Positions 37,184-50,963 of a DNA stretch of 64,000 nucleotides are shown here, piece after piece. How positions within the stretch are numbered: the first letter of the stretch is position 1; each line of letters begins with the position of its first letter. The DNA lies in contig ADNK01000166.1 in NCBI GenBank assembly GCA_000320545.1, positions 25,109-89,108 of the forward strand. Reading direction: 5' to 3'. A program made the position numbers and the translations under genes. The notes under the pieces are model-generated. The model saw nothing but the letters and a program-made list of their open reading frames with translations. It ran no database searches and was not told where the DNA came from. This stretch comes from Bigelowiella natans CCMP2755. Its lineage: Eukaryota; Protista; Cercozoa.

Positions 37184-39309
37184 ATGTCGACTACCGGAAC
37201 CAAGCGAAAGGCCGAAAGCCAGGCTTCTGGAGGAGAGCCGAAGAAACCGAAAATGAAGAAGAAGTTACTTGATTTGGCCAAATCGTTGGTCGAGGGTGAC
37301 GACAAAAAGCGAATCCTTGTAAAGGGCGCCAAGGAGCTTTGGCAGTCCGCCCTTGATGGCCACGGGGTCACGCCACAGGAGTTCGCAACGCTTCGTCACA
37401 TCCTGGATGTGTACAAGTTTACGAAAGCTGCACGAATTTACTTGGATTCCCTAGTTACGAAGCATCGGTATGTTGCCCTTTCGTAACGCTGCTTAAGTTA
37501 TGGAGTGTGTTCGCGTGTGATCTAGTCGTGGTGAGTCCGCACTGTCCTGTCCTGTATGTTGCAGTTCCGGGACATCTATGTACCAGCAGATCGATGGAAA
37601 ACGCTACGATCGCTCATGCCTCGATCTTGCCGCGCATCTTGCCAAGGTAAGGCGCCGACATCGTGTTCGTATTGCGAGCTACGCCATCGTTTAAACACTG
37701 CTAGAGATCAGTCATCGTCATCGCCGTACGTGTCCCAAGTAGCGGTGAGAGCCCAGACCAATAACCCCTTTTTCTTCGATAAAATTATCAACAGGATGAG
37801 CTAATCAGCAAGCCCGACGCAGAAGAGCTGTGGAAAGACGTGTTGGATGGCCCCGGTGTCACACAGTGCGAGGCAGATACGATCGCGTTTGTCATGGAGA
37901 AGTACAAGTGCTCTCAAGGGGTATGTGTGGTGTTATTTATTATTTGAAAATACTTTTGCTGACCTCCCCGAAAATTGTAAGATAAAAGCATGATCCAAAC
38001 ATTCTTCGTTCAGGCGAAGAGCTATTTGAAGGGCAAGCTCAAGGAATGGAGAGGGGGTCATTCGCATAAGCAGAAAATTGTTTTCGAAACGCCTCTTAGA
38101 CCCCAACTCATTGTTCGCCATGCATTTCGACACAAATCACAAATACTCACAGAATCTTCGGGGATGGATGTTAAGACCTCAGCCAGCTCTACATCTGCCG
38201 CGGCTACTGCAATGGTATGTTGATGTCATTCGTGCGAACGGTTTGGCGGAAATAACCAAGAACGAACGAGCGTATGCAATATAAATCAATGTCGTCTTTC
38301 ATATTTAGGCGGTCGACAGTGCTGCTACGGCAACAACCGGTATTATTACACAGGGAGGACAGAATGCAAAGCAGCCGCTCCCTCTGCGATATTCCTGCCT
38401 GATGATACTCGTGCGTGCGCGCGTACGTGTTGTGCGTGTTGTGCGTGTTGTGTGCTGTGATGTCGTAGGAGGTTGGCACCATGCGGCGTCTACCTTCACC
38501 CTTGCAGGGAGAGATCCGCTGGCGCCATTGGTGAGTTATCGTGCACGAAGATGATGAAGCCAACAACGATAGGGCAAATGATGAGCCTGCTGAGCAAGAA
38601 ATGCTCTGCCTTCGCATATCATAGTAGTATCGATCGTGATAGTCCTCGTAGTTTTTATGATGTGCTGCTAAGATGGAGAAGGCGCAAAGAATGAATGATG
38701 TTAGAAATGATGATAAATACGACGATGATGATGATGGACAGCATACCCCCCCCTCCTATTAGAGCTGGACTCTACGATTGGAAGAAATCGAACCCCTATC
38801 TGTCGCACTTGCGTTGTTGTGTTGTGTTGCGTCAAAACATCGTAGACGTTTGAGATGGATGTCGGAGCTAAGGCCTACGGCCTCTTTGTCGACGAAAAGG
38901 CAATCGAGCTGCATCTGAATAGATCAGCGAATAAAATCAAACAAGAATAGATCGTGACTGGGAGTACTTGAGCGTGTCTTCATTGCGTTGCTTCAATTTG
39001 CTTAAAAACTTGAGAGCAAATTCGATTTTACATTTGTTGCAAATCCCCGGCGGCGGCAGCGTCGTTCTCTTGACTAATGTCTTCAGTCACCGTCGTCGTC
39101 GCCATGATCGACCATCATCGTCATCATTGCCATTGTCAATATTCAGTACTGCTACTCCGGCGATGAAAGCGGGCTCGTCATTAAAGTCGATCGAAACTCA
39201 GGTCTCGTTCATTGTGGTGACCGCTGCCGTGTGTGCCTGCGCAGTGATATTGCTAAGATGCGGATGTGTGGAGTGTGATTGACTTAAATCCTTCTCTCTC
39301 CCCCCCCCC

Positions 39310-39357
<48 letters not shown>

Positions 39358-40998
39358 GCCTTCCTTTCCAACCTCATTCGTCGCTCTATCTTTCAGGCGA
39401 TATGGTTGGTCAATACCGACTTCCAAAGGGAGTCAAGTGCCTGGTTGGTGACGGGGGATTTCTCTTTGCCGGCTGCAACAACGGTCGCAGTAGTAGTAGT
39501 AGTAGTAATAGTAGTAGTGTTAGCAATATTATTATAATAGTAGCAGCACCGTGGTGTGAAAATGTATTTATTCTTTTACGTCATCGTTTTATATTGCTGG
39601 TGCCCTCAGGATCGATGTATGATTTGACTTCTTCGCGCCCCCGTCTGGTCGCAGAGCTAGAGGGATTCTCACAGGTACAACCAGAGAAATAGGTGTTAGC
39701 AGAGGAGGAGGAGGAGGAGGAGGAGGAGGTGTCAGTGGTAGAGGAAGAAGAATTCGTAGTACTTCACAGTTAGACAAAATTATTCATAAAATAAAATGAT
39801 GCTGCTGTTGGGCTGCTACTGCTGCCATTCGTAGCTGCTGCCATTGTATTGTGACGGTCAAGCTCATTTGAAATGTGTGATGGGTATCATGATGATGATG
39901 ATTATGATGATTGATGATCGATAAATATGCGAGCTCGAGTTTTTATAGAAGTTGTGCCACTGATGTACACACACTATCCACCGCTCATCATCATCATCGT
40001 CGTCGTCGTCGCCATTATCAATTTCACTACAACAACAATAATAACAACAACAACAAAAAGTAACTAAAACACGGTTAGTCATCGTACTCGCCATCATAAT
40101 GCAAGTTGATGATCTCATCATGGCTGCTGCTGCTCAAGGTTCTCTGGGTGGACATGCACAATGGACGAATGTGCGCCAGCGATGCATCAGGTTGCTGCTA
40201 AATCTACTACTCGCATATGGATCCCCCCCCCCCCCCTCCCCTTATATATCGTATAGCACCATCACCATCTTCATCGTTTCCCTGCATCCCCCAACGAGCA
40301 ACCCAATGCATCAGCATGCTATTGATCGCCCCCTTGCGACAGCCGCTTAATTAACATCCAAACGCGAAAGAAGCGCAATGATTGTTCCCTCGATTGCGGG
40401 AAAAAAATAAATAAAAAACCCAAAAAAGGCAACGTTGCAATGCTGAACTGCGAGGGCGAGGTGGTGTGGAAGAAGAAGAGCCAGGGTGATACTGGGTGGA
40501 TGGTGCGCGTCGACGCCAACGGCGTTTATCACGGTCATTCAAGCGGCATTACCAAGTACGACCTCGAAGGGAATGAGAAGGTGTGTAGAAGCGGTAGTCG
40601 TAGAGAACGAGCAAAAGGAGAGGTGGGGGGAGGGAGGCCAGCGAAACCGATGCGCAATGACGATGCGAAAGGTATAAGGACGAGTTTGGTGATGATGTTG
40701 TGTATGTGTATGTGTGTGTGTGTTTGTGTGTGCATGGATGGCTTTTAGTGGAGTGTGAGGACGGAGGAGGTTCTCTTTGGGTGGCATACGGAGCAGTACC
40801 TATACGCAGGTGTTGATGTTGGTGATGATGATGATGATGATGACGATGATGATGATGAGTGTGAATGAGGGAGTGTGCAGCAGGAGGGAGAGAGAGAGAG
40901 AGAGAGCGTCTCTCTCTCTCTGTGTGTGTAGAGGCATGTAAATACAGCCCACGACTCCTCCCTGTGAGTGGGGAGGGAAGGAGGGAGATATTATGCCC

Positions 40999-41032
<34 letters not shown>

Positions 41033-41187
41033 TCATGATTATTCCCAACTCAATCATCGATCAGGATGTGTATCGATAATAACAACAACCACACATTTCA
41101 TTTTGTTTTCATTAGATACCATGCTTTTACCTACATATTGCGTTGACCCTCCTCCTCCTCCTCCTCCTCCTCCTCCTCCTCCTCCTC

Positions 41188-41221
<34 letters not shown>

Positions 41222-41719
41222 GCAGGTTTGGTAGAGCCAGCGTGCTTCGACGGAGAGGTTGGAAGTTTGACACATCGAATGACCGTATTTAAGTATCGCA
41301 TCACAACTCTTCCTTTCCCCTCTCACCACTAAGATAAGATTCCCTTCCTCCTCCTCCTCCTCCTCCTCCTCCTCCTCCTCCCCATTTTGTGTTGTGGTGA
41401 AACAGATCGCAAAGCGCTTGTCACGAGCAGGAGCCAAATCGGGCATCATCGTTGCCTCCCTCATGTAACAATAATAAGTTACTCCTCCTCCTCCTCCTCC
41501 TCCTCCTCCTCCTCAATTCATCGTTATCGTCATCGTCGTTGTCGTTGTCATCATCATCATCATCATCATCATCATGACCATCCGCATTATCACCGACTTC
41601 TTCTACTTCTACTACTACTGCTACGATTCTTGCTCTAATAATCATCCATCCAGGTGGAACAATAGAGACGATTTGGACCTTCATGTAACTAACTATTTAG
41701 ACGAGGAGGAGGGAGAGAG

Positions 41720-41756
<37 letters not shown>

Positions 41757-42749
41757 GAGAAATAAAAAAAAGATAGCAATGAGAGAGGGGGGGGAGGGAA
41801 GGTGAGGAGACGTAGGAGACTGCGTTGGCTTCTCCCCGTATTCCTCGCTTGTTTTAAATCTGGGGTTTGGTGTCCATCATCACCATCATCATCATCACCA
41901 CCACCACCGTTATCATCATTATCATCATTATCATCATCATTGTCATCATCATCATCATCATCATCATCATCACCCTAATCATCGTCGTCACCGTGAAATC
42001 GTGCTTGTTTCAGGTGTACGTAAACGACGAGCATATATACTACGGGGCACGACGCTCCGGTAAGATGATGGATGATAATGACGATAAAGACAAGGAATGA
42101 TGATGAAGATGGTGATGACGATGAAGAGGAAGATAACTGGATGGCTAGTCATTTTCAATAGTAATCATGCAGACAATTGACGATTCTTTGTTTTCTTTTC
42201 CCTACAGCATCAGGGGGAGAACTCGACGTCGATGCAAATGCTGGTAATGAGATCGATCGATCATCAACATCACCGATCTAATAAGAGCTAGCAGTGCGTA
42301 CAGCAATGACCACGACTCTATGTGTGTGTGTGTGTGTGTGTCGCGCGCGCGCGCGTATCTTTGCACGTGCGTTCCTTGAATAATGGAGGAAAAGCCCTGC
42401 TTCTTTTTTGCCTTCTGTCCTCTTATTATTCTTTCACCCCCTCTCCTCTTCCTCTTCCTCCCCAACCCTCCTCCCTCCCTCTTATGGTGGACTGACTCAA
42501 ACAGGAACAATTACTACCGAACCGGTGAGTAGTAAGTAGCGCCGCCATCATCATCACCATCATCATCATCACCATCACCATCACCATCATCATCATCATC
42601 ATCACCATCATCATCATCACCATCATCACCCTCATCACCATCATCATCATCACCATCGTTTTTCATTTTCCGCGCACATATGCGCGATAGAATAGCTGCA
42701 GTCATGAGCATGGACAGCAAAGTAGCCAATCAGCATGTCCTGTGTGGTG

Positions 42750-42785
<36 letters not shown>

Positions 42786-43296
42786 ATACACTTTGTGTCA
42801 TCACCACACAGGTGGAGAACATCTATTGGAAAGGGACACCGCCCGCAGGCAAGTTTCGGGTAAGAGCAGCAGCAGCACGCATACACGCTCCTAATGGCTA
42901 CTCGCATCATCATCATCATCAGTATTACTGCTCTTTCTTGCTGCTACGATTTTTTACTACTCGTGATGCTGCTGCTGCTATGTCATCGTAGGTTGTCGTA
43001 GTCCAGTACAACAACAGAACCGGCGATGTAAAGGTGCCTTTCGAGGTGCACCTCAAGGTACCATCCACCCCCCTCAACATCGGAATAGAACCATCAAGTC
43101 TTGTGGTATTGGCTGGGGGGTTGGGGGGGGGATTACACATCACCATTGATAAACTTATGATGAGCCTCTTGTGCCGCCGCTACGAGCCCCGCCCCCGCAT
43201 GAATAGCACCGTTCTCATTACCAACCAGGTGGGGGAGGAGAAGAAGAAGTTTGAAGGCGAATTCACTCGAGAGACGAACGCGACACCGGTAGTAGT

Positions 43297-43327
<31 letters not shown>

Positions 43328-43364
43328 AGTAGTAGTGGTAGTTGCGGTATTGCTAGAGGAGGAA

Positions 43365-43398
<34 letters not shown>

Positions 43399-43714
43399 CA
43401 ATTATGATACTACTGCTAATGACGATGACGCTTGGCGATGGTGATCTCTAGTAGTAATTGCACGTGGTCAAACTGCGTTTATTGCTTACTTACGACTAAA
43501 GATCCAAGGGACATGGGGAGGAGTCAAGAAGAGCATTCAGGTTGTGATGTAGTAGTAGTAGTAAAAGTAGTAGTAGAAGAAGAAGAAGAAGAAGAAGAAG
43601 AAGAAGATAGTGGTAGTAGTACCAGCAGCGGCAGGTGCCGCAATGGTATAGTCGATATATGGTGCGTTGAGGAATATTAAGAAACAGCACGATGACGTTC
43701 ACGATGATGATGCA

Positions 43715-43772
<58 letters not shown>

Positions 43773-43983
43773 CGCCTACACACCAATGTATTCTTCTTTT
43801 GCCCTCCTCCTCCTCCTCCTCCTCCTCTCACACATACAAACACGCTGCTGCTACTACCTGCCGCTGCTACCTCTTCGTTCTGGTGGTGTGTAGGCCTTTG
43901 AATTCACTTATCGCCCGGTCAATGACGGGACCGCACAGACCAACGAGACGACGGGAAAACTACCGCAGCGAGCAGTCATCAAA

Positions 43984-44019
<36 letters not shown>

Positions 44020-44447
44020 GTTTATATAGAGCCTTCATGAGTATGAGATGTTCTTCAGTGGTGATATGTGTGTGTGTTTGTGATGGTGTTGGTGGTGAAG
44101 AGGATGGTGGTGATGACTATGGATGATGATGATGATGATGATGATGTTGATCGCACAGCCGACACTATCTCGTGTAAGCACATACCAAATATGAGGTGTG
44201 GAGGAGAGGAGCTCTTAAACGGTCATATTTCGGAACGTGAAATTGCCATTCATTCATTTTACGCATCATGTAGATCGATAAAACGACGGGGGCGATTGTG
44301 AAGACATACGATGCAGGTAGTGACGTCGCTGCGTGCTATATGGAGTGCTTTCTGGCGCCGCCGCAGCTGCGTTCACTTCACATGTTCTTGTATGATTCTG
44401 CTTGTTTACTGCTGCTGCTAGCTGCTAGCCGGCATATTTAATGCGAC

Positions 44448-44483
<36 letters not shown>

Positions 44484-44565
44484 TGTCATCGTCATCATCA
44501 TCGTCGTCGTCGTGTACAGGGAATAGTATCCCCTCTACGGCTACAACACCTGATGCAAAAAAGGT

Positions 44566-44601
<36 letters not shown>

Positions 44602-44827
44602 AATAGTAGCAGTGCTACCACTTTCCCGCCCCCCCCCCCCCCCCCAAATCATCGCCCTTTTCTTTGTGCTCGTCACACTTATCGTTGCTAGGTTGGCGGA
44701 GAGGGAGATCTCGAGGCTGCAGGCAGCGACGCGAAAGGCGTGCGTCTTCATTGTATAAAACAGGTTTCTATACTCTCTCTCTCTCTCTCTCTCCCTCTGT
44801 CTGTCTGTCTGTGTGTGTGTGATATAT

Positions 44828-44862
<35 letters not shown>

Positions 44863-44940
44863 TATAAATTTAATTCTAAATATGTAAAGCAGCGAGGGCG
44901 TGTATCTATGTCGAAGGGGGTGTCTAATCGGAGATGGGCG

Positions 44941-44975
<35 letters not shown>

Positions 44976-45158
44976 TATTAATACATAGGGGAGCAAGCTG
45001 CGCGTGCGGCCTGAGGCAGGACAGGTCGTGTGTCATATTTATCTCTACATGTACTTGGCATAAGTACAATATCTCTGCAAGAAAAGATGAGTTGTTCTTC
45101 GTAAGTTGCTGTTTACTAGCTGTGACTTTTGCTCTCTCTGGCTCTCTCTGGCTCTCTC

Positions 45159-45193
<35 letters not shown>

Positions 45194-45622
45194 TCCTTCT
45201 TTCGTCGTTTGCTGCTGTATCAGGGCTCCTACGATTCCAGCATGAACTGTCAATTTCCGAGAAACATCCGAAGGGTGAGATGATGGACGTAGTAGTGTAG
45301 CATAGCACATGAGCGACGGAGGGAGGAGAGAGATCCCAAGCAGTACGCGAAGACGAAGACAGCAGCAACAACAACAACAACAACAACAACAACTTCCACG
45401 TGTTTCAACAAGTACGATACAAGGGCCATCGACTGCGTGCACGGCCAAAACTCCACCAACATCCAGTCTCTTCCTGCAAGGCGCTTCTGCTATTTCACCA
45501 CCACCTCTGCATTGTTGTTGTTGTTGGATGATTAATAGGAAGGTGCACGATTCCTTGTCGATGATCTGGTAGTTGCTGGAGGCAGCTACTACCGTGTAGT
45601 CGGAGAGATTCGACGGCTGTAG
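37184..45622 (+). CDS. Multidomain protein: two N-terminal 'IDGKRYDR' helical repeats, a beta-propeller like bacterial WGR-associated proteins, and an inserted YfaP/DUF2135-like domain; >20 exons
   Basis: [17 protein letters not shown]...[10 protein letters not shown]...DG. AYGLFVD...[11 protein letters not shown]...AGCNNG...[16 protein letters not shown]...VLFGW. RAGAKSG...[14 protein letters not shown]...IYYG...[11 protein letters not shown]...VENIYW. KLRVR...[17 protein letters not shown]...[11 protein letters not shown]. Confidence 0.8.
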
Positions 45623-45731
45623 GGATACCATGGCAGAAGAGAAGGAGGAGGAGGAGGAGGAGGAGGAGGAGGAGGATGACGACCAGGACCGGGCACGGTG
45701 GAGAGCAGAGGATATACTCACTAATTCCTAT

Positions 45732-45771
<40 letters not shown>

Positions 45772-45790
45772 ACTATACACATATTACCTA
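39290..45790. repeat. Dense intronic microsatellites: (CT)n, (CA)n, (TA)n, (CAT)n, (GTA)n, (GAG)n
   Basis: Directly visible; similar clusters at 1.9-4.4, 8.7-10.8, 30.0-32.9 and 62.5-63.5 kb. Confidence 0.95.
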
Positions 45791-46903
45791 TACATGTATA
45801 TTATCTATATATGCATGTTTGTAATATATTATCGATAACAGCGTTATTTTACGTTTGCAACGGGGGGCTTGCTTCTTGGTACAAGCTGTGCTCATCATGC
45901 CATGCTAGCATGACTAGATGAGTAAGCGACGCGCAGATAGACTTTGTAGCGTCATTGTGATCGAAAGGTCGGTGCAGTTGCACAAGCGGACATCTCTAGA
46001 TCCAGTAGATGACTGTTACTGCGTCTGTCAAATGCATGCCAAGATAAGCCAGACTAAAGTTGTACATGCATTACGCAGGAGAAATGACTCGTGATTCGGC
46101 CATTTTAATGCCATTCATGTACCTATTCTAGCATTCTAGCATTGCTAGATTGCCACCTCATCTGGCATCTCTGCTAGATCTCTAGATCTAATGGTCTACA
46201 TCATTCTAGCATTATGCCTTGCTGGCTAGCCTTGCTAGCTTGCCTAGTTTTGTATTAAGTTTTAGTAGTTGCAGTGCTGCTTGTCATCACACAACTAGAG
46301 AACTCTAGAACTGCTAGACTGGCACAGCTAGCTAGCTAGACAGCTAGATCTAGAGATAGCAAGCTAGCTAGCTAGCTTGCTAGATAGATAGATAGGTCAC
46401 ATCTAGCTTGCTCTAGAGCTAGCTAGCTAGACATCGCAGCCTCAACTAGCTCAACTTCTGATGCGTAATGTTAGGTCATTTATACATGCTAGCATGCCAC
46501 GCATGTCTAGATGCATCGCACAGCATGCATGCTAGCATGCTAGTATGGCTACATGGCTAGATGGCACGCGAGCTACAAAATGACTGCAGGATGGCTAGAT
46601 GATTGTGACATGCTAGCATCTAGCTAGCTAGGCATGTCTAGAATCATTCATCATGCTAGCATGCTAGCACGTAAGCAGGTACTGCTGGTCTGCTAATTCT
46701 AGAATAAGTAGAATAATGCTGCTGATGTCATATCGCATGTGACCTCTAGATGGGTATAATAACATATCACTAGATCAGACATGCTGCATGCTAGCATGCA
46801 TGACTCTATGAGCAGGAACCATCCCGTTTTCTACGATCGCGCGGAAGCACTAATATCTACATCTCTAGATCTGCTGCGGTCCTGTTGATCCACCAACTCC
46901 CTA

Positions 46904-49640
46904 CTACTGTTCGGCATTGTTTCTCCCCGAAAGGCTGGCTGCTGTTGCTGCTGCTGTTGCTGTCAAATTATTCCAAGTCCCACGTAGTCGGGGCCATACG
47001 CTGAGAATTTTCGATACCCTTTCTCTCAGGTAGCGGCTTTGCAGAGACTCGTCTGCCATCGCACGCTCCAAAATCAAGCCAGCACAGTCTTCATTCCCAG
47101 CTTTCTGGCAAACCTGCAGCAGGCGGGATGCAAGGTTTGGCTTGAGCAGACCCGTCCTCTTGAGCAGAAGCTCCGCAAACTCCGTTTGCAGCGAAGGCCA
47201 CTGATGCAGGTACTCTATCGTCTTGGAGTCGGGGCAGAGGCTGGAGCGGAGAAATTCCCTGTACACGAACGTCACTCCCTCTTCATCGCGAGTCTTGATG
47301 CAGACCAGCAGCATGGCATTGAGCACCTCGATCGACAGCTCCATGCCCTTTCCCTTAATCTTTGCTATGATCTCGTACGCTTGCTGGAGGTCGCCGGTGA
47401 GCGCAAACATCTTCATCCATATTTGAAGGGTGTAGACGTTGGGCTCCGCCCCCGCCGACTTCATTCGCCTCATGACGTCTTTCATCATGAGCACGTCCGA
47501 TTTGCGGAAGTAAGCGTTGAGGAGGGAATTCCAGATCTTCACGTCTGGCTTTACGGTTGCGCACTCTTCCATGTAGCTGAGCCATTTCTCCGCCGCTCCG
47601 GTGTCGCATCCCTTGTCGCATGTTATCATGATGGCAAGAAAGTGCTCGGCGGTCAGTCGAAGCCCCTCCCTCTCCGATGCTGTCAGCCAGTACTCGCAGG
47701 ACTGCACATCGCTATTTTGGAAGCATTGCCGCATTAGGGGAATGTAGCTTTGGGGCTGCTGCTGCTGCTCTTCTCTTCTTCCAGGCGGGTTCAAAACAGT
47801 GGACTCCCCCCAGTCGCTGAGCAAGGACGGCATTCGGTTGCGGATCAGTGATACGTTGGCCATCGAGGCCTCGAGCCTGCCCTCCTTCATAATCGAAAGA
47901 ACCTTGGCGACTCTCTCCGGCTCGTCTGCGAGAATGAACGCTTCCAAGACGAAATCCAGGGTGGCGCCGTGGTAAGGCGGGGCGTTGTCTACGATCTTGC
48001 CGAGGGCCGAATTGAGCTTTCGCAACGCGTGCCGAGCAGATCGCCCCGCTCGGAAATCTTGGAGAATCCTGTGGACTTTCACGGCGAGACGGACGTTACT
48101 TGCCTGCCAGCCGAACTTCAGGTGTCTCTTGTCAAACTGAGCGGTGACCTCCTTCTTCTTCTTCGCATCCTCCCGTTTTACGTCCAAGCTGTTCATCAAC
48201 TCCTCGATAGTGTGTCGAATCTTTAATATCAATGTCTCACCACCTTGATCCGATTCGTTGTCTGTGATGCTACGTTCGCCGACCTTCCAGGCGGAAGCAG
48301 TAGCGGTGGCCGCGCCAGCATCACTGCTGCCATCGCGCTGTGCACCGGAGACGTTGTCCCAGAACACACTTTTGAGGATCGCGATGCGGGAGTCCGAGGC
48401 TTCTCTCAGCAGATTCTCCGCAGATTTCATGTCCTTTCGCTCAGTGTATGCGGCAATTATAATGTCGAGGAAGCGCGGGTCCGGAGGCCCGCTTCGATAC
48501 AGTTTCTCAGCAGCTTGGCTGCCTCCTTTCTTCACGGTGGTGAGAGTCCCATAGACCTCAGCGTCCAGCAGAATGTCATGAAAGCGCATCAACTCGCACC
48601 ATCCAACAGCATCGGCTAGCCTTCCTTCTTTAATGGATTCGTGGAAAAAGTGCTTGTAGATGCCATCATTAATCTCCAGCCCTATTTCGTAGACGCTACG
48701 TAAGCGACTCCGACGATCCACGCCAAACGGAGCCCTCGCCAGCCAATCGATTAGAACATCACCGGGGACTTCTGGGAGTCCATTGATACTCCTCATCAAA
48801 TCTAGCCAGTATGATGCCTCTCCGAGCCGCTCCTGATCGATGCTCAGCAGCAGCAGCTGGTTGTACAGCTCCTCGCGCTCTTTGCTCTGGGCGGAGTTGC
48901 CACTAGGGCTGTTACTGCTGTCATGGCTCGAGATGTGAGAGAGCATCTTCTCATGCCATGCCCATGCCTTTGCATGAGAGGAACATTTCGCAAACCCGAC
49001 GATGAGCTGGTGGAACACCTGTACGTTTGGAACGACCCCCTCCCTACGCACCATGTGGTCGAAGATCTCTTGAGCCCCCCAGGGGTCTTTCGCGTCAAGC
49101 GAAGTCTTGATCAGGGTGTTGAGTATTGATTTCTTCTTATCCGCAATGTCAGCGGCAGAAATGAATGACGTAGACCCTGCCCCAGCCGGTTCAATCGTTG
49201 CTGATTCTCTCTGTTCCTGCGTGAAGTTGGGCGACTTCAAGGCCACGTCTTTATCGATGAGCTGCCGCAGTAAGTCTGGGCCGTAGTTGATACTTCTGGA
49301 GGAGCTGCTGCTCGGCCATGCTACGAATCACATTTCACATCGTCAAATCAGCGGCGGGCGATTGCAACAACAGCACCATTCAGGCCAGCTACCTTTGTGG
49401 AGGACACGAGTCTCAAGCGGCCTGAGCCCTCTCCTTACTCTCGTTAGTCTCCTCAGCATCTCAATACTGAAACGCTGGGTATGTTGGGACGGTTGCTGCC
49501 CATTCTCGTACCTCCTCCTCCTCCTTTCTCAATGCTCGCACGTGGGGCCCAGCATTTCCAACTCACCTTCCGACAGAATAAGACGATACGTGGCAGCTGT
49601 ACTTCGATATGATCCCCGTTCTCATCGAGGGTATACCTAA
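46904..49640 (-). CDS. Pentatricopeptide repeat (PPR) protein; one large 3' exon, 5' exons unresolved (may extend to ~50.2 kb)
   Basis: 780-aa ORF with P-type motifs such as VVPNVQVFHQLIVGFAK, VKPDVKIWNSLLNAYFR and AEPNVYTLQIWMKMFALTGD. Confidence 0.85.
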
Positions 49641-50358
49641 AAATTATTTCCCAAACCCTTGCAGCGGTCTCCAGCCACGGCGGGAGTATCTACGAAGTTG
49701 AGGGCGGTTTCCGTCTCTGCTCGATATCCTTCCCTTCAAATCTTGTCCGCAGAGCCAGTTAGTTCGTCAGTGTTCGTTCGTTTGTGGGTTGGTTGTGCGC
49801 GGGAGTCGCAGGTTCGCAACGCACACAACACGTACAACACATACAACAACACATGCAACACGTGGAACACAATCCCGGCCGTAGTAAACCTGTACTAGAA
49901 CTCTTCAAAGCACTCGTAGCACCCCCTTGCCCTCGGTAGATGTCGATTAGCCAGCGGCGCAAGAACGAAGCGGACGGCCATCCCGCCGTGCAAAGCGATG
50001 ATCCTGTTGAAGGAACAGTGTATACAGTGGGCGCACACAAGGTAATCATGCGTCTCCCTAAGATTGTGTCATTCGTTTGCACGTGACCGCAGGATACGTA
50101 GGTGCACGCCTGGCAGGCGCGTTTCTGCTTTCGAACGTCTATCTCGTTCCTTGTTAGCGCCTCCTGGGCTGGGTATATGGGAGACTACGAGGTGGCCCTG
50201 CCTGTGGGCTTAGCGGTAAATATATATACTTCAAACGCATGCATTTCTTCTGATCAAAGAATCCATTGCGTCGCTTTGCAGGGGGCCAATTCCCTGTTTT
50301 ATTGGTCACACCCGACACTCCAACGGCGCCGGTTGGATCTTTTGACGGCAATTTCTGC

Positions 50359-50903
50359 CATGGTCCACGTGGCGTTAGGGTATAGCCACATTTGTTGCCG
50401 CACTTGCCCGCGCTTGAACTTTAAAACCAACCTTTGCCACATATTCAATCAGATCGTTTGCGGCCCGAGAGGGAGGGCCTAACATTATCGGTGAGTCGAC
50501 GCATGTTCACTTCAGCTGTGCGATGAAGATTTGAGGAACAACACGTTGGGCGCTAATTTTTAATGCGCTAATTTAGGTTGGGCTTTCTTCATCTTAAGCA
50601 TCACATGCTTCTTAGTGTCCTGGAAGATCAGGTTGAATGCTCAGCGAGCGAGAGATTTGAGAGTTATTTTAAGGATAATGTTTATCTCTATGAATCAAGC
50701 TCGTGCAAAGAAATCGAATCGTAGACTAAGCGTCCACTTTTTCAGATCTGACTTTTCTGTGTGAATTTCCTGATTCAGCTCTCTACCACGACGGGAAATC
50801 TGGGTTTTTTGGCATGGAAGCGCCCACGTAGCGTCGTCATTGGCAATAATATGTGTCGTCCAAGGTCTGTGATTTGATTTTCAGCTGCGTACAACACACA
50901 GAT

Positions 50904-50963
<60 letters not shown>

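Noticed and set aside
39800-45900. Poly-His, poly-Ile, YIYI and THTH ORFs
   Set aside because: Translations of intronic microsatellites.
47039-49129. Plus-strand ORFs of up to 232 aa opposite the PPR gene
   Set aside because: Antisense shadows of a GC-rich coding exon, with no independent motifs.
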